Of a stretch of DNA of 64,000 nt, positions 48,301 through 63,790 are shown one piece after another. Position 1 is the first letter of the stretch; the number at the start of each line of letters is the position of its first letter. Below the pieces are notes generated by a model. That model worked only from the letters and a program-made list of their open reading frames with translations. It did no database searches and was not told the origin of the DNA. The translations under genes and the position numbers were made by a program. Origin of the DNA: Schmidtea polychroa (taxonomy: Eukaryota); NCBI GenBank assembly GCA_044892525.1, contig CM097886.1:173650312-173714311 (forward strand), read 5' to 3'.

Positions 48301-51300
48301 AGTACCGCTTAATTTTATTACTTTAATTTATTTTTCTTGTTTTTGAGTTATTTCTTCCTATTTTCTTTATTTTTATTGTGTTTTTATTTATTGTCCTATT
48401 TTAATTTTTCTTATTTTTATATTTTTTGTTTTAATTCTTATTTTCTAATTATTGTTTTTTCTTATATTCTATTCTATTTTATTCGTCAATCTGTTTATTT
48501 TATTTTTATTTTACTTTAGTTATGTTTAACCTAATTTCTTAGATACCCCTCGACTCAGCCCAACAAATCACTCGGGGACCCATCAAAATTGCGTCCCGGG
48601 ATATATCCCCATAAATCTACCAAATAGCTGCCCGGATCTCAATGCGGTATCATGACCACAACCCTTTAGGGTAATAGTATGAGGAGAAATAATTTACTGA
48701 AACAATTTATTAAAATAATTTATTAAAATAATTTGCTAATTTATTAAAGTTATTAAATTTATTTCAAACCCAAATCAAAGGAAGTCTAAATTTATTAATC
48801 ACTAAAATTCTGACAAAATTATCAAATCGAAGGACGAAGAACTTAATAGTGAACTACATTCATTAATCCAATCACCCATATATTTGCATCATGGTTTCTT
48901 CGAATCACATTCATGCCAAAGTCCTGCGGGTACAGGTGATGAAATGTATCCCCTGGGGTGGGAAAGCCTCTGGATGATTCCTTCAGTTTTTATTGGTTCA
49001 ACGAGTGTGGCCGACTACTGATATTACTGAAATGTAATTAAAAATTTACGATATCAATATTTAATATTTTCAATTGTTTACCTTATCACAGAAAAAAAAT
49101 TACCAAAAGTACAAATTGATTTGAAATTCATTATTTATCATTAATTATAATTATATCAACAAAACAACGAAAAAATTTAGATACTGTAAATGACTATAAC
49201 AAAACAAAAAGTACTAAAAATCAAGGTTCCATGGCTTTATTCAAGTTATTAGTTTTCAAATTTTTTCTATTAGATGAAAAATTTTTTTTCTTCTTAATTT
49301 AATTGATTAAAAATTATCGCTAAGTTAAATTCAATCTTCGTGTTAAAAGCACTCAACTTACTTACAGTAACATGTTATTTAGTTGAGATATTTTATCATA
49401 ACTTCAATTTGTAAGTTATTGGTTGGGAACAGGTTGTAACATTTGTACTGCAGACATGTCACAATCAAGCGACCACAGTGAAGAAGAGGTCCAACAAATG
49501 GTCACTCGACTCCGTACCCGGTACATTTGGTTCCACATCCGTCGGTGGAGCCAGGGACGGTACCTGGATAGCACTAATCGAGTTATTCGAAGTGGCCCCG
49601 AACCAGATGCCCCGGCGTGGGTGAAGATAGAACCGGCAAACAATGTACTCCAGGAGGCCCGTGATCAAGCGGCTGGTGCCGTAGAGGCCGCCCAGGTGCG
49701 ACTCAAGAAGATCGAGTTGCAAATCAGAGCAGAAAGGGAGGGTAGTCAGATATCGATCTGAGTCAACCCAGTCGTGTGTGGGTATTTCAATTTCTATTCT
49801 CAGCGTCATTAGCTGACTGGGAAAATACTGCATGTGGCATATGTAAGTATGTACTGGTGTGTATTAGTGCGTGTGACTTGTCTCGTATGTTCTCTCGTTA
49901 TCTAACGTTAAAGTTTTACAGCTGATCATATTACACCGCGAGTTGGATTTAATTCGTTTAATCAATATGCTACCTATGATTATTTCTCATCGAACGTGGA
50001 CATTGGATTTTATTCTCATGATGTGCAGTCTCTTTCGCTTTCTACCTGGATATTATTATTTCGTGGATGTTTTCGGCAACTTATTCGAAAGATCTTCACC
50101 TGGACAATATTGGTCGAAGGTGTCTTTTACTGAAAGGACTTCATGTTACCGCTATTGTAAATTTCAGGAGAAATGAAAACCGTTTGGTGAAAATTAAAGT
50201 GTTTATCGAAAAATGTCTTCGTATTAAAAATATGTTCAATAAATTTTCGTTTATACTCCCTATACTATTATTTAACATTTAACGAACATATTAGTACTCA
50301 GTTTCTCTATTGACGTGAATTTTGACAGAAGAGTGTTTTATCACCAGAAGATGGAGTGTCGGTTGATGCAAATAGACGATTACTGATGTCGGATGAAATT
50401 TCAGAGTGTGATGTCTAAGAAATAAGAATTTGTAGCCACCTCAGTCATTGTCAGTTAAGATTACTCTCCCTTTTCAACATTGAAATGTACTCCACTCTAC
50501 TTTAAACTATTTCTTGCAGAATTTTATTACCTTCAGCGACGGACCCGTGAGGAAACCCCCACATTCCGGCCCACGTCAGCTGCGTGATTGAAGAGATCCA
50601 CACCCGCGGCTGAGCTCCCGAAGGCTCCTCACACCATGGCGTGGGTCTCCTCAACTCCACGTTTCTCAAATATAATTTTATCATAATCAGTAGAGCTCGA
50701 AGATAAAAACATATCATAAATATTCATATACCATTAGTTTTTAAATTAAATCATGAAACTGTATTAACATTAAAAAGTGAGATCGAATGAAGAAGTTTTA
50801 TTAAATATGTTAAGTTAATGTAATCAAATATTTAATCCTTGAAAAACATTTACCAAATTTTACAATAACAACACATCCTTACTTATCGTTCGTAAATCGG
50901 TGATTCCAAAAGGCTGAGCCGAAAAAGCTAATCAAATCGGTTATAGAAATAGATCGTCGATAGAATTGTTCCTAATAGTCGTCTGAGTGTCCGGTGATTG
51001 TCTGGATAGTCGAGTACCTGTAATTGGTTTGGTTTAACATTAACTATAGTGAGTTTGCTGTTTACTTATATATGCATTTTTCGTTTATGCGGACCAATCA
51101 GAATTGAGTACCGCTTAATTTTATTACTTTAATTTATTTTTCTTGTTTTTGAGTTATTTCTTCCTATTTTCTTTATTTTTATTGTGTTTTTATTTATTGT
51201 CCTATTTTAATTTTTCTTATTTTTATATTTTTTGTTTTAATTCTTATTTTCTAATTATTGTTTTTTCTTATATTCTATTCTATTTTATTCGTCAATCTGT

Positions 51301-54300
51301 TTATTTTATTTTTATTTTACTTTAGTTATGTTTAACCTAATTTCTTAGATACCCCTCGACTCAGCCCAACAAATCACTCGGGGACCCATCAAAATTGCGT
51401 CCCGGGATATATCCCCATAAATCTACCAAATAGCTGCCCGGATCTCAATGCGGTATCATGACCACAACCCTTTAGGGTAATAGTATGAGGAGAAATAATT
51501 TACTGAAACAATTTATTAAAATAATTTATTAAAATAATTTGCTAATTTATTAAAGTTATTAAATTTATTTCAAACCCAAATCAAAGGAAGTCTAAATTTA
51601 TTAATCACTAAAATTCTGACAAAATTATCAAATCGAAGGACGAAGAACTTAATAGTGAACTACATTCATTAATCCAATCACCCATATATTTGCATCATGG
51701 TTTCTTCGAATCACATTCATGCCAAAGTCCTGCGGGTACAGGTGATGAAATGTATCCCCTGGGGTGGGAAAGCCTCTGGATGATTCCTTCAGTTTTTATT
51801 GGTTCAACGAGTGTGGCCGACTACTGATATTACTGAAATGTAATTAAAAATTTACGATATCAATATTTAATATTTTCAATTGTTTACCTTATCACAGAAA
51901 AAAAATTACCAAAAGTACAAATTGATTTGAAATTCATTATTTATCATTAATTATAATTATATCAACAAAACAACGAAAAAATTTAGATACTGTAAATGAC
52001 TATAACAAAACAAAAAGTACTAAAAATCAAGGTTCCATGGCTTTATTCAAGTTATTAGTTTTCAAATTTTTTCTATTAGATGAAAAATTTTTTTTCTTCT
52101 TAATTTAATTGATTAAAAATTATCGCTAAGTTAAATTCAATCTTCGTGTTAAAAGCACTCAACTTACTTACAGTAACATGTTATTTAGTTGAGATATTTT
52201 ATCATAACTTCAATTTGTAAGTTATTGGTTGGGAACAGGTTGTAACATTTGTACTGCAGACATGTCACAATCAAGCGACCACAGTGAAGAAGAGGTCCAA
52301 CAAATGGTCACTCGACTCCGTACCCGGTACATTTGGTTCCACATCCGTCGGTGGAGCCAGGGACGGTACCTGGATAGCACTAATCGAGTTATTCGAAGTG
52401 GCCCCGAACCAGATGCCCCGGCGTGGGTGAAGATAGAACCGGCAAACAATGTACTCCAGGAGGCCCGTGATCAAGCGGCTGGTGCCGTAGAGGCCGCCCA
52501 GGTGCGACTCAAGAAGATCGAGTTGCAAATCAGAGCAGAAAGGGAGGGTAGTCAGATATCGATCTGAGTCAACCCAGTCGTGTGTGGGTATTTCAATTTC
52601 TATTCTCAGCGTCATTAGCTGACTGGGAAAATACTGCATGTGGCATATGTAAGTATGTACTGGTGTGTATTAGTGCGTGTGACTTGTCTCGTATGTTCTC
52701 TCGTTATCTAACGTTAAAGTTTTACAGCTGATCATATTACACCGCGAGTTGGATTTAATTCGTTTAATCAATATGCTACCTATGATTATTTCTCATCGAA
52801 CGTGGACATTGGATTTTATTCTCATGATGTGCAGTCTCTTTCGCTTTCTACCTGGATATTATTATTTCGTGGATGTTTTCGGCAACTTATTCGAAAGATC
52901 TTCACCTGGACAATATTGGTCGAAGGTGTCTTTTACTGAAAGGACTTCATGTTACCGCTATTGTAAATTTCAGGAGAAATGAAAACCGTTTGGTGAAAAT
53001 TAAAGTGTTTATCGAAAAATGTCTTCGTATTAAAAATATGTTCAATAAATTTTCGTTTATACTCCCTATACTATTATTTAACATTTAACGAACATATTAG
53101 TACTCAGTTTCTCTATTGACGTGAATTTTGACAGAAGAGTGTTTTATCACCAGAAGATGGAGTGTCGGTTGATGCAAATAGACGATTACTGATGTCGGAT
53201 GAAATTTCAGAGTGTGATGTCTAAGAAATAAGAATTTGTAGCCACCTCAGTCATTGTCAGTTAAGATTACTCTCCCTTTTCAACATTGAAATGTACTCCA
53301 CTCTACTTTAAACTATTTCTTGCAGAATTTTATTACCTTCAGCGACGGACCCGTGAGGAAACCCCCACATTCCGGCCCACGTCAGCTGCGTGATTGAAGA
53401 GATCCACACCCGCGGCTGAGCTCCCGAAGGCTCCTCACACCATGGCGTGGGTCTCCTCAACTCCACGTTTCTCAAATATAATTTTATCATAATCAGTAGA
53501 GCTCGAAGATAAAAACATATCATAAATATTCATATACCATTAGTTTTTAAATTAAATCATGAAACTGTATTAACATTAAAAAGTGAGATCGAATGAAGAA
53601 GTTTTATTAAATATGTTAAGTTAATGTAATCAAATATTTAATCCTTGAAAAACATTTACCAAATTTTACAATAACAACACATCCTTACTTATCGTTCGTA
53701 AATCGGTGATTCCAAAAGGCTGAGCCGAAAAAGCTAATCAAATCGGTTATAGAAATAGATCGTCGATAGAATTGTTCCTAATAGTCGTCTGAGTGTCCGG
53801 TGATTGTCTGGATAGTCGAGTACCTGTAATTGGTTTGGTTTAACATTAACTATAGTGAGTTTGCTGTTTACTTATATATGCATTTTTCGTTTATGCGGAC
53901 CAATCAGAATTGAGTACCGCTTAATTTTATTACTTTAATTTATTTTTCTTGTTTTTGAGTTATTTCTTCCTATTTTCTTTATTTTTATTGTGTTTTTATT
54001 TATTGTCCTATTTTAATTTTTCTTATTTTTATATTTTTTGTTTTAATTCTTATTTTCTAATTATTGTTTTTTCTTATATTCTATTCTATTTTATTCGTCA
54101 ATCTGTTTATTTTATTTTTATTTTACTTTAGTTATGTTTAACCTAATTTCTTAGATACCCCTCGACTCAGCCCAACAAATCACTCGGGGACCCATCAAAA
54201 TTGCGTCCCGGGATATATCCCCATAAATCTACCAAATAGCTGCCCGGATCTCAATGCGGTATCATGACCACAACCCTTTAGGGTAATAGTATGAGGAGAA

Positions 54301-57300
54301 ATAATTTACTGAAACAATTTATTAAAATAATTTATTAAAATAATTTGCTAATTTATTAAAGTTATTAAATTTATTTCAAACCCAAATCAAAGGAAGTCTA
54401 AATTTATTAATCACTAAAATTCTGACAAAATTATCAAATCGAAGGACGAAGAACTTAATAGTGAACTACATTCATTAATCCAATCACCCATATATTTGCA
54501 TCATGGTTTCTTCGAATCACATTCATGCCAAAGTCCTGCGGGCACAGGTGATGAAATGTATCCCCTGGGGTGGGAAAGCCTCTGGATGATTCCTTCAGTT
54601 TTTATTGGTTCAACGAGTGTGGCCGACTACTGATATTACTGAAATGTAATTAAAAATTTACGATATCAATATTTAATATTTTCAATTGTTTACCTTATCA
54701 CAGAAAAAAAATTACCAAAAGTACAAATTGATTTGAAATTCATTATTTATCATTAATTATAATTATATCAACAAAACAACGAAAAAATTTAGATACTGTA
54801 AATGACTATAACAAAACAAAAAGTACTAAAAATCAAGGTTCCATGGCTTTATTCAAGTTATTAGTTTTCAAATTTTTTCTATTAGATGAAAAATTTTTTT
54901 TCTTCTTAATTTAATTGATTAAAAATTATCGCTAAGTTAAATTCAATCTTCGTGTTAAAAGCACTCAACTTACTTACAGTAACATGTTATTTAGTTGAGA
55001 TATTTTATCATAACTTCAATTTGTAAGTTATTGGTTGGGAACAGGTTGTAACATTTGTACTGCAGACATGTCACAATCAAGCGACCACAGTGAAGAAGAG
55101 GTCCAACAAATGGTCACTCGACTCCGTACCCGGTACATTTGGTTCCACATCCGTCGGTGGAGCCAGGGACGGTACCTGGATAGCACTAATCGAGTTATTC
55201 GAAGTGGCCCCGAACCAGATGCCCCGGCGTGGGTGAAGATAGAACCGGCAAACAATGTACTCCAGGAGGCCCGTGATCAAGCGGCTGGTGCCGTAGAGGC
55301 CGCCCAGGTGCGACTCAAGAAGATCGAGTTGCAAATCAGAGCAGAAAGGGAGGGTAGTCAGATATCGATCTGAGTCAACCCAGTCGTGTGTGGGTATTTC
55401 AATTTCTATTCTCAGCGTCATTAGCTGACTGGGAAAATACTGCATGTGGCATATGTAAGTATGTACTGGTGTGTATTAGTGCGTGTGACTTGTCTCGTAT
55501 GTTCTCTCGTTATCTAACGTTAAAGTTTTACAGCTGATCATATTACACCGCGAGTTGGATTTAATTCGTTTAATCAATATGCTACCTATGATTATTTCTC
55601 ATCGAACGTGGACATTGGATTTTATTCTCATGATGTGCAGTCTCTTTCGCTTTCTACCTGGATATTATTATTTCGTGGATGTTTTCGGCAACTTATTCGA
55701 AAGATCTTCACCTGGACAATATTGGTCGAAGGTGTCTTTTACTGAAAGGACTTCATGTTACCGCTATTGTAAATTTCAGGAGAAATGAAAACCGTTTGGT
55801 GAAAATTAAAGTGTTTATCGAAAAATGTCTTCGTATTAAAAATATGTTCAATAAATTTTCGTTTATACTCCCTATACTATTATTTAACATTTAACGAACA
55901 TATTAGTACTCAGTTTCTCTATTGACGTGAATTTTGACAGAAGAGTGTTTTATCACCAGAAGATGGAGTGTCGGTTGATGCAAATAGACGATTACTGATG
56001 TCGGATGAAATTTCAGAGTGTGATGTCTAAGAAATAAGAATTTGTAGCCACCTCAGTCATTGTCAGTTAAGATTACTCTCCCTTTTCAACATTGAAATGT
56101 ACTCCACTCTACTTTAAACTATTTCTTGCAGAATTTTATTACCTTCAGCGACGGACCCGTGAGGAAACCCCCACATTCCGGCCCACGTCAGCTGCGTGAT
56201 TGAAGAGATCCACACCCGCGGCTGAGCTCCCGAAGGCTCCTCACACCATGGCGTGGGTCTCCTCAACTCCACGTTTCTCAAATATAATTTTATCATAATC
56301 AGTAGAGCTCGAAGATAAAAACATATCATAAATATTCATATACCATTAGTTTTTAAATTAAATCATGAAACTGTATTAACATTAAAAAGTGAGATCGAAT
56401 GAAGAAGTTTTATTAAATATGTTAAGTTAATGTAATCAAATATTTAATCCTTGAAAAACATTTACCAAATTTTACAATAACAACACATCCTTACTTATCG
56501 TTCGTAAATCGGTGATTCCAAAAGGCTGAGCCGAAAAAGCTAATCAAATCGGTTATAGAAATAGATCGTCGATAGAATTGTTCCTAATAGTCGTCTGAGT
56601 GTCCGGTGATTGTCTGGATAGTCGAGTACCTGTAATTGGTTTGGTTTAACATTAACTATAGTGAGTTTGCTGTTTACTTATATATGCATTTTTCGTTTAT
56701 GCGGACCAATCAGAATTGAGTACCGCTTAATTTTATTACTTTAATTTATTTTTCTTGTTTTTGAGTTATTTCTTCCTATTTTCTTTATTTTTATTGTGTT
56801 TTTATTTATTGTCCTATTTTAATTTTTCTTATTTTTATATTTTTTGTTTTAATTCTTATTTTCTAATTATTGTTTTTTCTTATATTCTATTCTATTTTAT
56901 TCGTCAATCTGTTTATTTTATTTTTATTTTACTTTAGTTATGTTTAACCTAATTTCTTAGATACCCCTCGACTCAGCCCAACAAATCACTCGGGGACCCA
57001 TCAAAATTGCGTCCCGGGATATATCCCCATAAATCTACCAAATAGCTGCCCGGATCTCAATGCGGTATCATGACCACAACCCTTTAGGGTAATAGTATGA
57101 GGAGAAATAATTTACTGAAACAATTTATTAAAATAATTTATTAAAATAATTTGCTAATTTATTAAAGTTATTAAATTTATTTCAAACCCAAATCAAAGGA
57201 AGTCTAAATTTATTAATCACTAAAATTCTGACAAAATTATCAAATCGAAGGACGAAGAACTTAATAGTGAACTACATTCATTAATCCAATCACCCATATA

Positions 57301-60300
57301 TTTGCATCATGGTTTCTTCGAATCACATTCATGCCAAAGTCCTGCGGGCACAGGTGATGAAATGTATCCCCTGGGGTGGGAAAGCCTCTGGATGATTCCT
57401 TCAGTTTTTATTGGTTCAACGAGTGTGGCCGACTACTGATATTACTGAAATGTAATTAAAAATTTACGATATCAATATTTAATATTTTCAATTGTTTACC
57501 TTATCACAGAAAAAAAATTACCAAAAGTACAAATTGATTTGAAATTCATTATTTATCATTAATTATAATTATATCAACAAAACAACGAAAAAATTTAGAT
57601 ACTGTAAATGACTATAACAAAACAAAAAGTACTAAAAATCAAGGTTCCATGGCTTTATTCAAGTTATTAGTTTTCAAATTTTTTCTATTAGATGAAAAAT
57701 TTTTTTTCTTCTTAATTTAATTGATTAAAAATTATCGCTAAGTTAAATTCAATCTTCGTGTTAAAAGCACTCAACTTACTTACAGTAACATGTTATTTAG
57801 TTGAGATATTTTATCATAACTTCAATTTGTAAGTTATTGGTTGGGAACAGGTTGTAACATTTGTACTGCAGACATGTCACAATCAAGCGACCACAGTGAA
57901 GAAGAGGTCCAACAAATGGTCACTCGACTCCGTACCCGGTACATTTGGTTCCACATCCGTCGGTGGAGCCAGGGACGGTACCTGGATAGCACTAATCGAG
58001 TTATTCGAAGTGGCCCCGAACCAGATGCCCCGGCGTGGGTGAAGATAGAACCGGCAAACAATGTACTCCAGGAGGCCCGTGATCAAGCGGCTGGTGCCGT
58101 AGAGGCCGCCCAGGTGCGACTCAAGAAGATCGAGTTGCAAATCAGAGCAGAAAGGGAGGGTAGTCAGATATCGATCTGAGTCAACCCAGTCGTGTGTGGG
58201 TATTTCAATTTCTATTCTCAGCGTCATTAGCTGACTGGGAAAATACTGCATGTGGCATATGTAAGTATGTACTGGTGTGTATTAGTGCGTGTGACTTGTC
58301 TCGTATGTTCTCTCGTTATCTAACGTTAAAGTTTTACAGCTGATCATATTACACCGCGAGTTGGATTTAATTCGTTTAATCAATATGCTACCTATGATTA
58401 TTTCTCATCGAACGTGGACATTGGATTTTATTCTCATGATGTGCAGTCTCTTTCGCTTTCTACCTGGATATTATTATTTCGTGGATGTTTTCGGCAACTT
58501 ATTCGAAAGATCTTCACCTGGACAATATTGGTCGAAGGTGTCTTTTACTGAAAGGACTTCATGTTACCGCTATTGTAAATTTCAGGAGAAATGAAAACCG
58601 TTTGGTGAAAATTAAAGTGTTTATCGAAAAATGTCTTCGTATTAAAAATATGTTCAATAAATTTTCGTTTATACTCCCTATACTATTATTTAACATTTAA
58701 CGAACATATTAGTACTCAGTTTCTCTATTGACGTGAATTTTGACAGAAGAGTGTTTTATCACCAGAAGATGGAGTGTCGGTTGATGCAAATAGACGATTA
58801 CTGATGTCGGATGAAATTTCAGAGTGTGATGTCTAAGAAATAAGAATTTGTAGCCACCTCAGTCATTGTCAGTTAAGATTACTCTCCCTTTTCAACATTG
58901 AAATGTACTCCACTCTACTTTAAACTATTTCTTGCAGAATTTTATTACCTTCAGCGACGGACCCGTGAGGAAACCCCCACATTCCGGCCCACGTCAGCTG
59001 CGTGATTGAAGAGATCCACACCCGCGGCTGAGCTCCCGAAGGCTCCTCACACCATGGCGTGGGTCTCCTCAACTCCACGTTTCTCAAATATAATTTTATC
59101 ATAATCAGTAGAGCTCGAAGATAAAAACATATCATAAATATTCATATACCATTAGTTTTTAAATTAAATCATGAAACTGTATTAACATTAAAAAGTGAGA
59201 TCGAATGAAGAAGTTTTATTAAATATGTTAAGTTAATGTAATCAAATATTTAATCCTTGAAAAACATTTACCAAATTTTACAATAACAACACATCCTTAC
59301 TTATCGTTCGTAAATCGGTGATTCCAAAAGGCTGAGCCGAAAAAGCTAATCAAATCGGTTATAGAAATAGATCGTCGATAGAATTGTTCCTAATAGTCGT
59401 CTGAGTGTCCGGTGATTGTCTGGATAGTCGAGTACCTGTAATTGGTTTGGTTTAACATTAACTATAGTGAGTTTGCTGTTTACTTATATATGCATTTTTC
59501 GTTTATGCGGACCAATCAGAATTGAGTACCGCTTAATTTTATTACTTTAATTTATTTTTCTTGTTTTTGAGTTATTTCTTCCTATTTTCTTTATTTTTAT
59601 TGTGTTTTTATTTATTGTCCTATTTTAATTTTTCTTATTTTTATATTTTTTGTTTTAATTCTTATTTTCTAATTATTGTTTTTTCTTATATTCTATTCTA
59701 TTTTATTCGTCAATCTGTTTATTTTATTTTTATTTTACTTTAGTTATGTTTAACCTAATTTCTTAGATACCCCTCGACTCAGCCCAACAAATCACTCGGG
59801 ACCCATCAAAATTGCGTCCCGGGATATATCCCCATAAATCTACCAAATAGCTGCCCGGATCTCAATGCGGTATCATGACCACAACCCTTTAGGGTAATAG
59901 TATGAGGAGAAATAATTTACTGAAACAATTTATTAAAATAATTTATTAAAATAATTTGCTAATTTATTAAAGTTATTAAATTTATTTCAAACCCAAATCA
60001 AAGGAAGTCTAAATTTATTAATCACTAAAATTCTGACAAAATTATCAAATCGAAGGACGAAGAACTTAATAGTGAACTACATTCATTAATCCAATCACCC
60101 ATATATTTGCATCATGGTTTCTTCGAATCACATTCATGCCAAAGTCCTGCGGGCACAGGTGATGAAATGTATCCCCTGGGGTGGGAAAGCCTCTGGATGA
60201 TTCCTTCAGTTTTTATTGGTTCAACGAGTGTGGCCGACTACTGATATTACTGAAATGTAATTAAAAATTTACGATATCAATATTTAATATTTTCAATTGT

Positions 60301-60678
60301 TTACCTTATCACAGAAAAAAAATTACCAAAAGTACAAATTGATTTAAAATTCATTATTTATCATTAATTATAATTATATCAACAAAACAACGAAAAAATT
60401 TAGATACTGTAAATGACTATAACAAAACAAAAAGTACTAAAAATCAAGGTTCCATGGCTTTATTCAAGTTATTAGTTTTCAAATTTTTTCTATTAGATGA
60501 AAAATTTTTTTTCTTCTTAATTTAATTGATTAAAAATTATCGCTAAGTTAAATTCAATCTTCGTGTTAAAAGCACTCAACTTACTTACAGTAACATGTTA
60601 TTTAGTTGAGATATTTTATCATAACTTCAATTTGTAAGTTATTGGTTGGGAACAGGTTGTAACATTTGTACTGCAGAC

Positions 60679-60984
60679 ATGTCACAATCAAGCGACCACA
60701 GTGAAGAAGAGGTCCAACAAATGGTCACTCGACTCCGTACCCGGTACATTTGGTTCCACATCCGTCGGTGGAGCCAGGGACGGGACCTGGATAGCACTAA
60801 TCGAGTTATTCGAAGTGGCCCCGAACCAGATGCCCCGGCGTGGGTGAAGATAGAACCGGCAAACAATGTACTCCAGGAGGCCCGTGATCAAGCGGCTGGT
60901 GCCGTAGAGGCCGCCCAGGTGCGACTCAAGAAGATCGAGTTGCAAATCAGAGCAGAAAGGGAGGGTAGTCAGATATCGATCTGA
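60679..60984 (+). CDS. Array ORF copy 13 with Y36D substitution
   Basis: TAC to GAC at 60784. Confidence 0.45.
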   Translation: MSQSSDHSEEEVQQMVTRLRTRYIWFHIRRWSQGRDLDSTNRVIRSGPEPDAPAWVKIEPANNVLQEARDQAAGAVEAAQVRLKKIELQIRAEREGSQISI

Positions 60985-63484
60985 GTCAACCCAGTCGTGT
61001 GTGGGTATTTCAATTTCTATTCTCAGCGTCATTAGCTGACTGGGAAAATACTGCATGTGGCATATGTAAGTATGTACTGGTGTGTATTAGTGCGTGTGAC
61101 TTGTCTCGTATGTTCTCTCGTTATCTAACGTTAAAGTTTTACAGCTGATCATATTACACCGCGAGTTGGATTTAATTCGTTTAATCAATATGCTACCTAT
61201 GATTATTTCTCATCGAACGTGGACATTGGATTTTATTCTCATGATGTGCAGTCTCTTTCGCTTTCTACCTGGATATTATTATTTCGTGGATGTTTTCGGC
61301 AACTTATTCGAAAGATCTTCACCTGGACAATATTGGTCGAAGGTGTCTTTTACTGAAAGGACTTCATGTTACCGCTATTGTAAATTTCAGGAGAAATGAA
61401 AACCGTTTGGTGAAAATTAAAGTGTTTATCGAAAAATGTCTTCGTATTAAAAATATGTTCAATAAATTTTCGTTTATACTCCCTATACTATTATTTAACA
61501 TTTAACGAACATATTAGTACTCAGTTTCTCTATTGACGTGAATTTTGACAGAAGAGTGTTTTATCACCAGAAGATGGAGTGTCGGTTGATGCAAATAGAC
61601 GATTACTGATGTCGGATGAAATTTCAGAGTGTGATGTCTAAGAAATAAGAATTTGTAGCCACCTCAGTCATTGTCAGTTAAGATTACTCTCCCTTTTCAA
61701 CATTGAAATGTACTCCACTCTACTTTAAACTATTTCTTGCAGAATTTTATTACCTTCAGCGACGGACCCGTGAGGAAACCCCCACATTCCGGCCCACGTC
61801 AGCTGCGTGATTGAAGAGATCCACACCCGCGGCTGAGCTCCCGAAGGCTCCTCACACCATGGCGTGGGTCTCCTCAACTCCACGTTTCTCAAATATAATT
61901 TTATCATAATCAGTAGAGCTCGAAGATAAAAACATATCATAAATATTCATATACCATTAGTTTTTAAATTAAATCATGAAACTGTATTAACATTAAAAAG
62001 TGAGATCGAATGAAGAAGTTTTATTAAATATGTTAAGTTAATGTAATCAAATATTTAATCCTTGAAAAACATTTACCAAATTTTACAATAACAACACATC
62101 CTTACTTATCGTTCGTAAATCGGTGATTCCAAAAGGCTGAGCCGAAAAAGCTAATCAAATCGGTTATAGAAATAGATCGTCGATAGAATTGTTCCTAATA
62201 GTCGTCTGAGTGTCCGGTGATTGTCTGGATAGTCGAGTACCTGTAATTGGTTTGGTTTAACATTAACTATAGTGAGTTTGCTGTTTACTTATATATGCAT
62301 TTTTCGTTTATGCGGACCAATCAGAATTGAGTACCGCTTAATTTTATTACTTTAATTTATTTTTCTTGTTTTTGAGTTATTTCTTCCTATTTTCTTTATT
62401 TTTATTGTGTTTTTATTTATTGTCCTATTTTAATTTTTCTTATTTTTATATTTTTTGTTTTAATTCTTATTTTCTAAATATTGTTTTTTCTTATATTCTA
62501 TTCTATTTTATTCGTCAATCTGTTTATTTTATTTTTATTTTACTTTAGTTATGTTTAACCTAATTTCTTAGATACCCCTCGACTCAGCCCAACAAATCAC
62601 TCGGGGACCCATCAAAATTGCGTCCCGGGATATATCCCCATAAATCTACCAAATAGCTGCCCGGATCTCAATGCGGTATCATGACCACAACCCTTTAGGG
62701 TAATAGTATGAGGAGAAATAATTTACTGAAACAATTTATTAAAATAATTTATTAAAATAATTTGCTAATTTATTAAAGTTATTAAATTTATTTCAAACCC
62801 AAATCAAAGGAAGTCTAAATTTATTAATCACTAAAATTCTGACAAAATTATCAAATCGAAGGACGAAGAACTTAATAGTGAACTACATTCATTAATCCAA
62901 TCACCCATATATTTGCATCATGGTTTCTTCGAATCACATTCATGCCAAAGTCCTGCGGGCACAGGTGATGAAATGTATCCCCTGGGGTGGGAAAGCCTCT
63001 GGATGATTCCTTCAGTTTTTATTGGTTCAACGAGTGTGGCCGACTACTGATATTACTGAAATGTAATTAAAAATTTACGATATCAATATTTAATATTTTC
63101 AATTGTTTACCTTATCACAGAAAAAAAATTACCAAAAGTACAAATTGATTTGAAATTCATTATTTATCATTAATTATAATTATATCAACAAAACAACGAA
63201 AAAATTTAGATACTGTAAATGACTATAACAAAACAAAAAGTACTAAAAATCAAGGTTCCATGGCTTTATTCAAGTTATTAGTTTTCAAATTTTTTCTATT
63301 AGATGAAAAATTTTTTTTCTTCTTAATTTAATTGATTAAAAATTATCGCTAAGTTAAATTCAATTTTCGTGTTAAAAGCACTCAACTTACTTACAGTAAC
63401 ATGTTATTTAGTTGAGATATTTTATCATAACTTCAATTTGTAAGTTATTGGTTGGGAACAGGTTGTAACATTTGTACTGCAGAC

Positions 63485-63790
63485 ATGTCACAATCAAGCG
63501 ACCACAGTGAAGAAGAGGTCCAACAAATGGTCACTCGACTCCGTACCCGGTACATTTAGTTCCACATCCGTCGGTGGAGCCAGGGACGGTACCTGGATAG
63601 CACTAATCGAGTTATTCGAAGTGGCCCCGAACCAGATGCCCCGGCGTGGGTGAAGATAGAACCGGCAAACAATGTACTCCAGGAGGCCCGTGATCAAGCG
63701 GCTGGTGCCGTAGAGGCCGCCCAGGTGCGACTCAAGAAGATCGAGTTGCAAATCAGAGCAGAAAGGGAGGGTAGTCAGATATCGATCTGA
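63485..63790 (+). pseudogene. Array ORF copy 14 with premature stop (W25*)
   Basis: TGG to TAG at 63557-63559. Confidence 0.5.
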
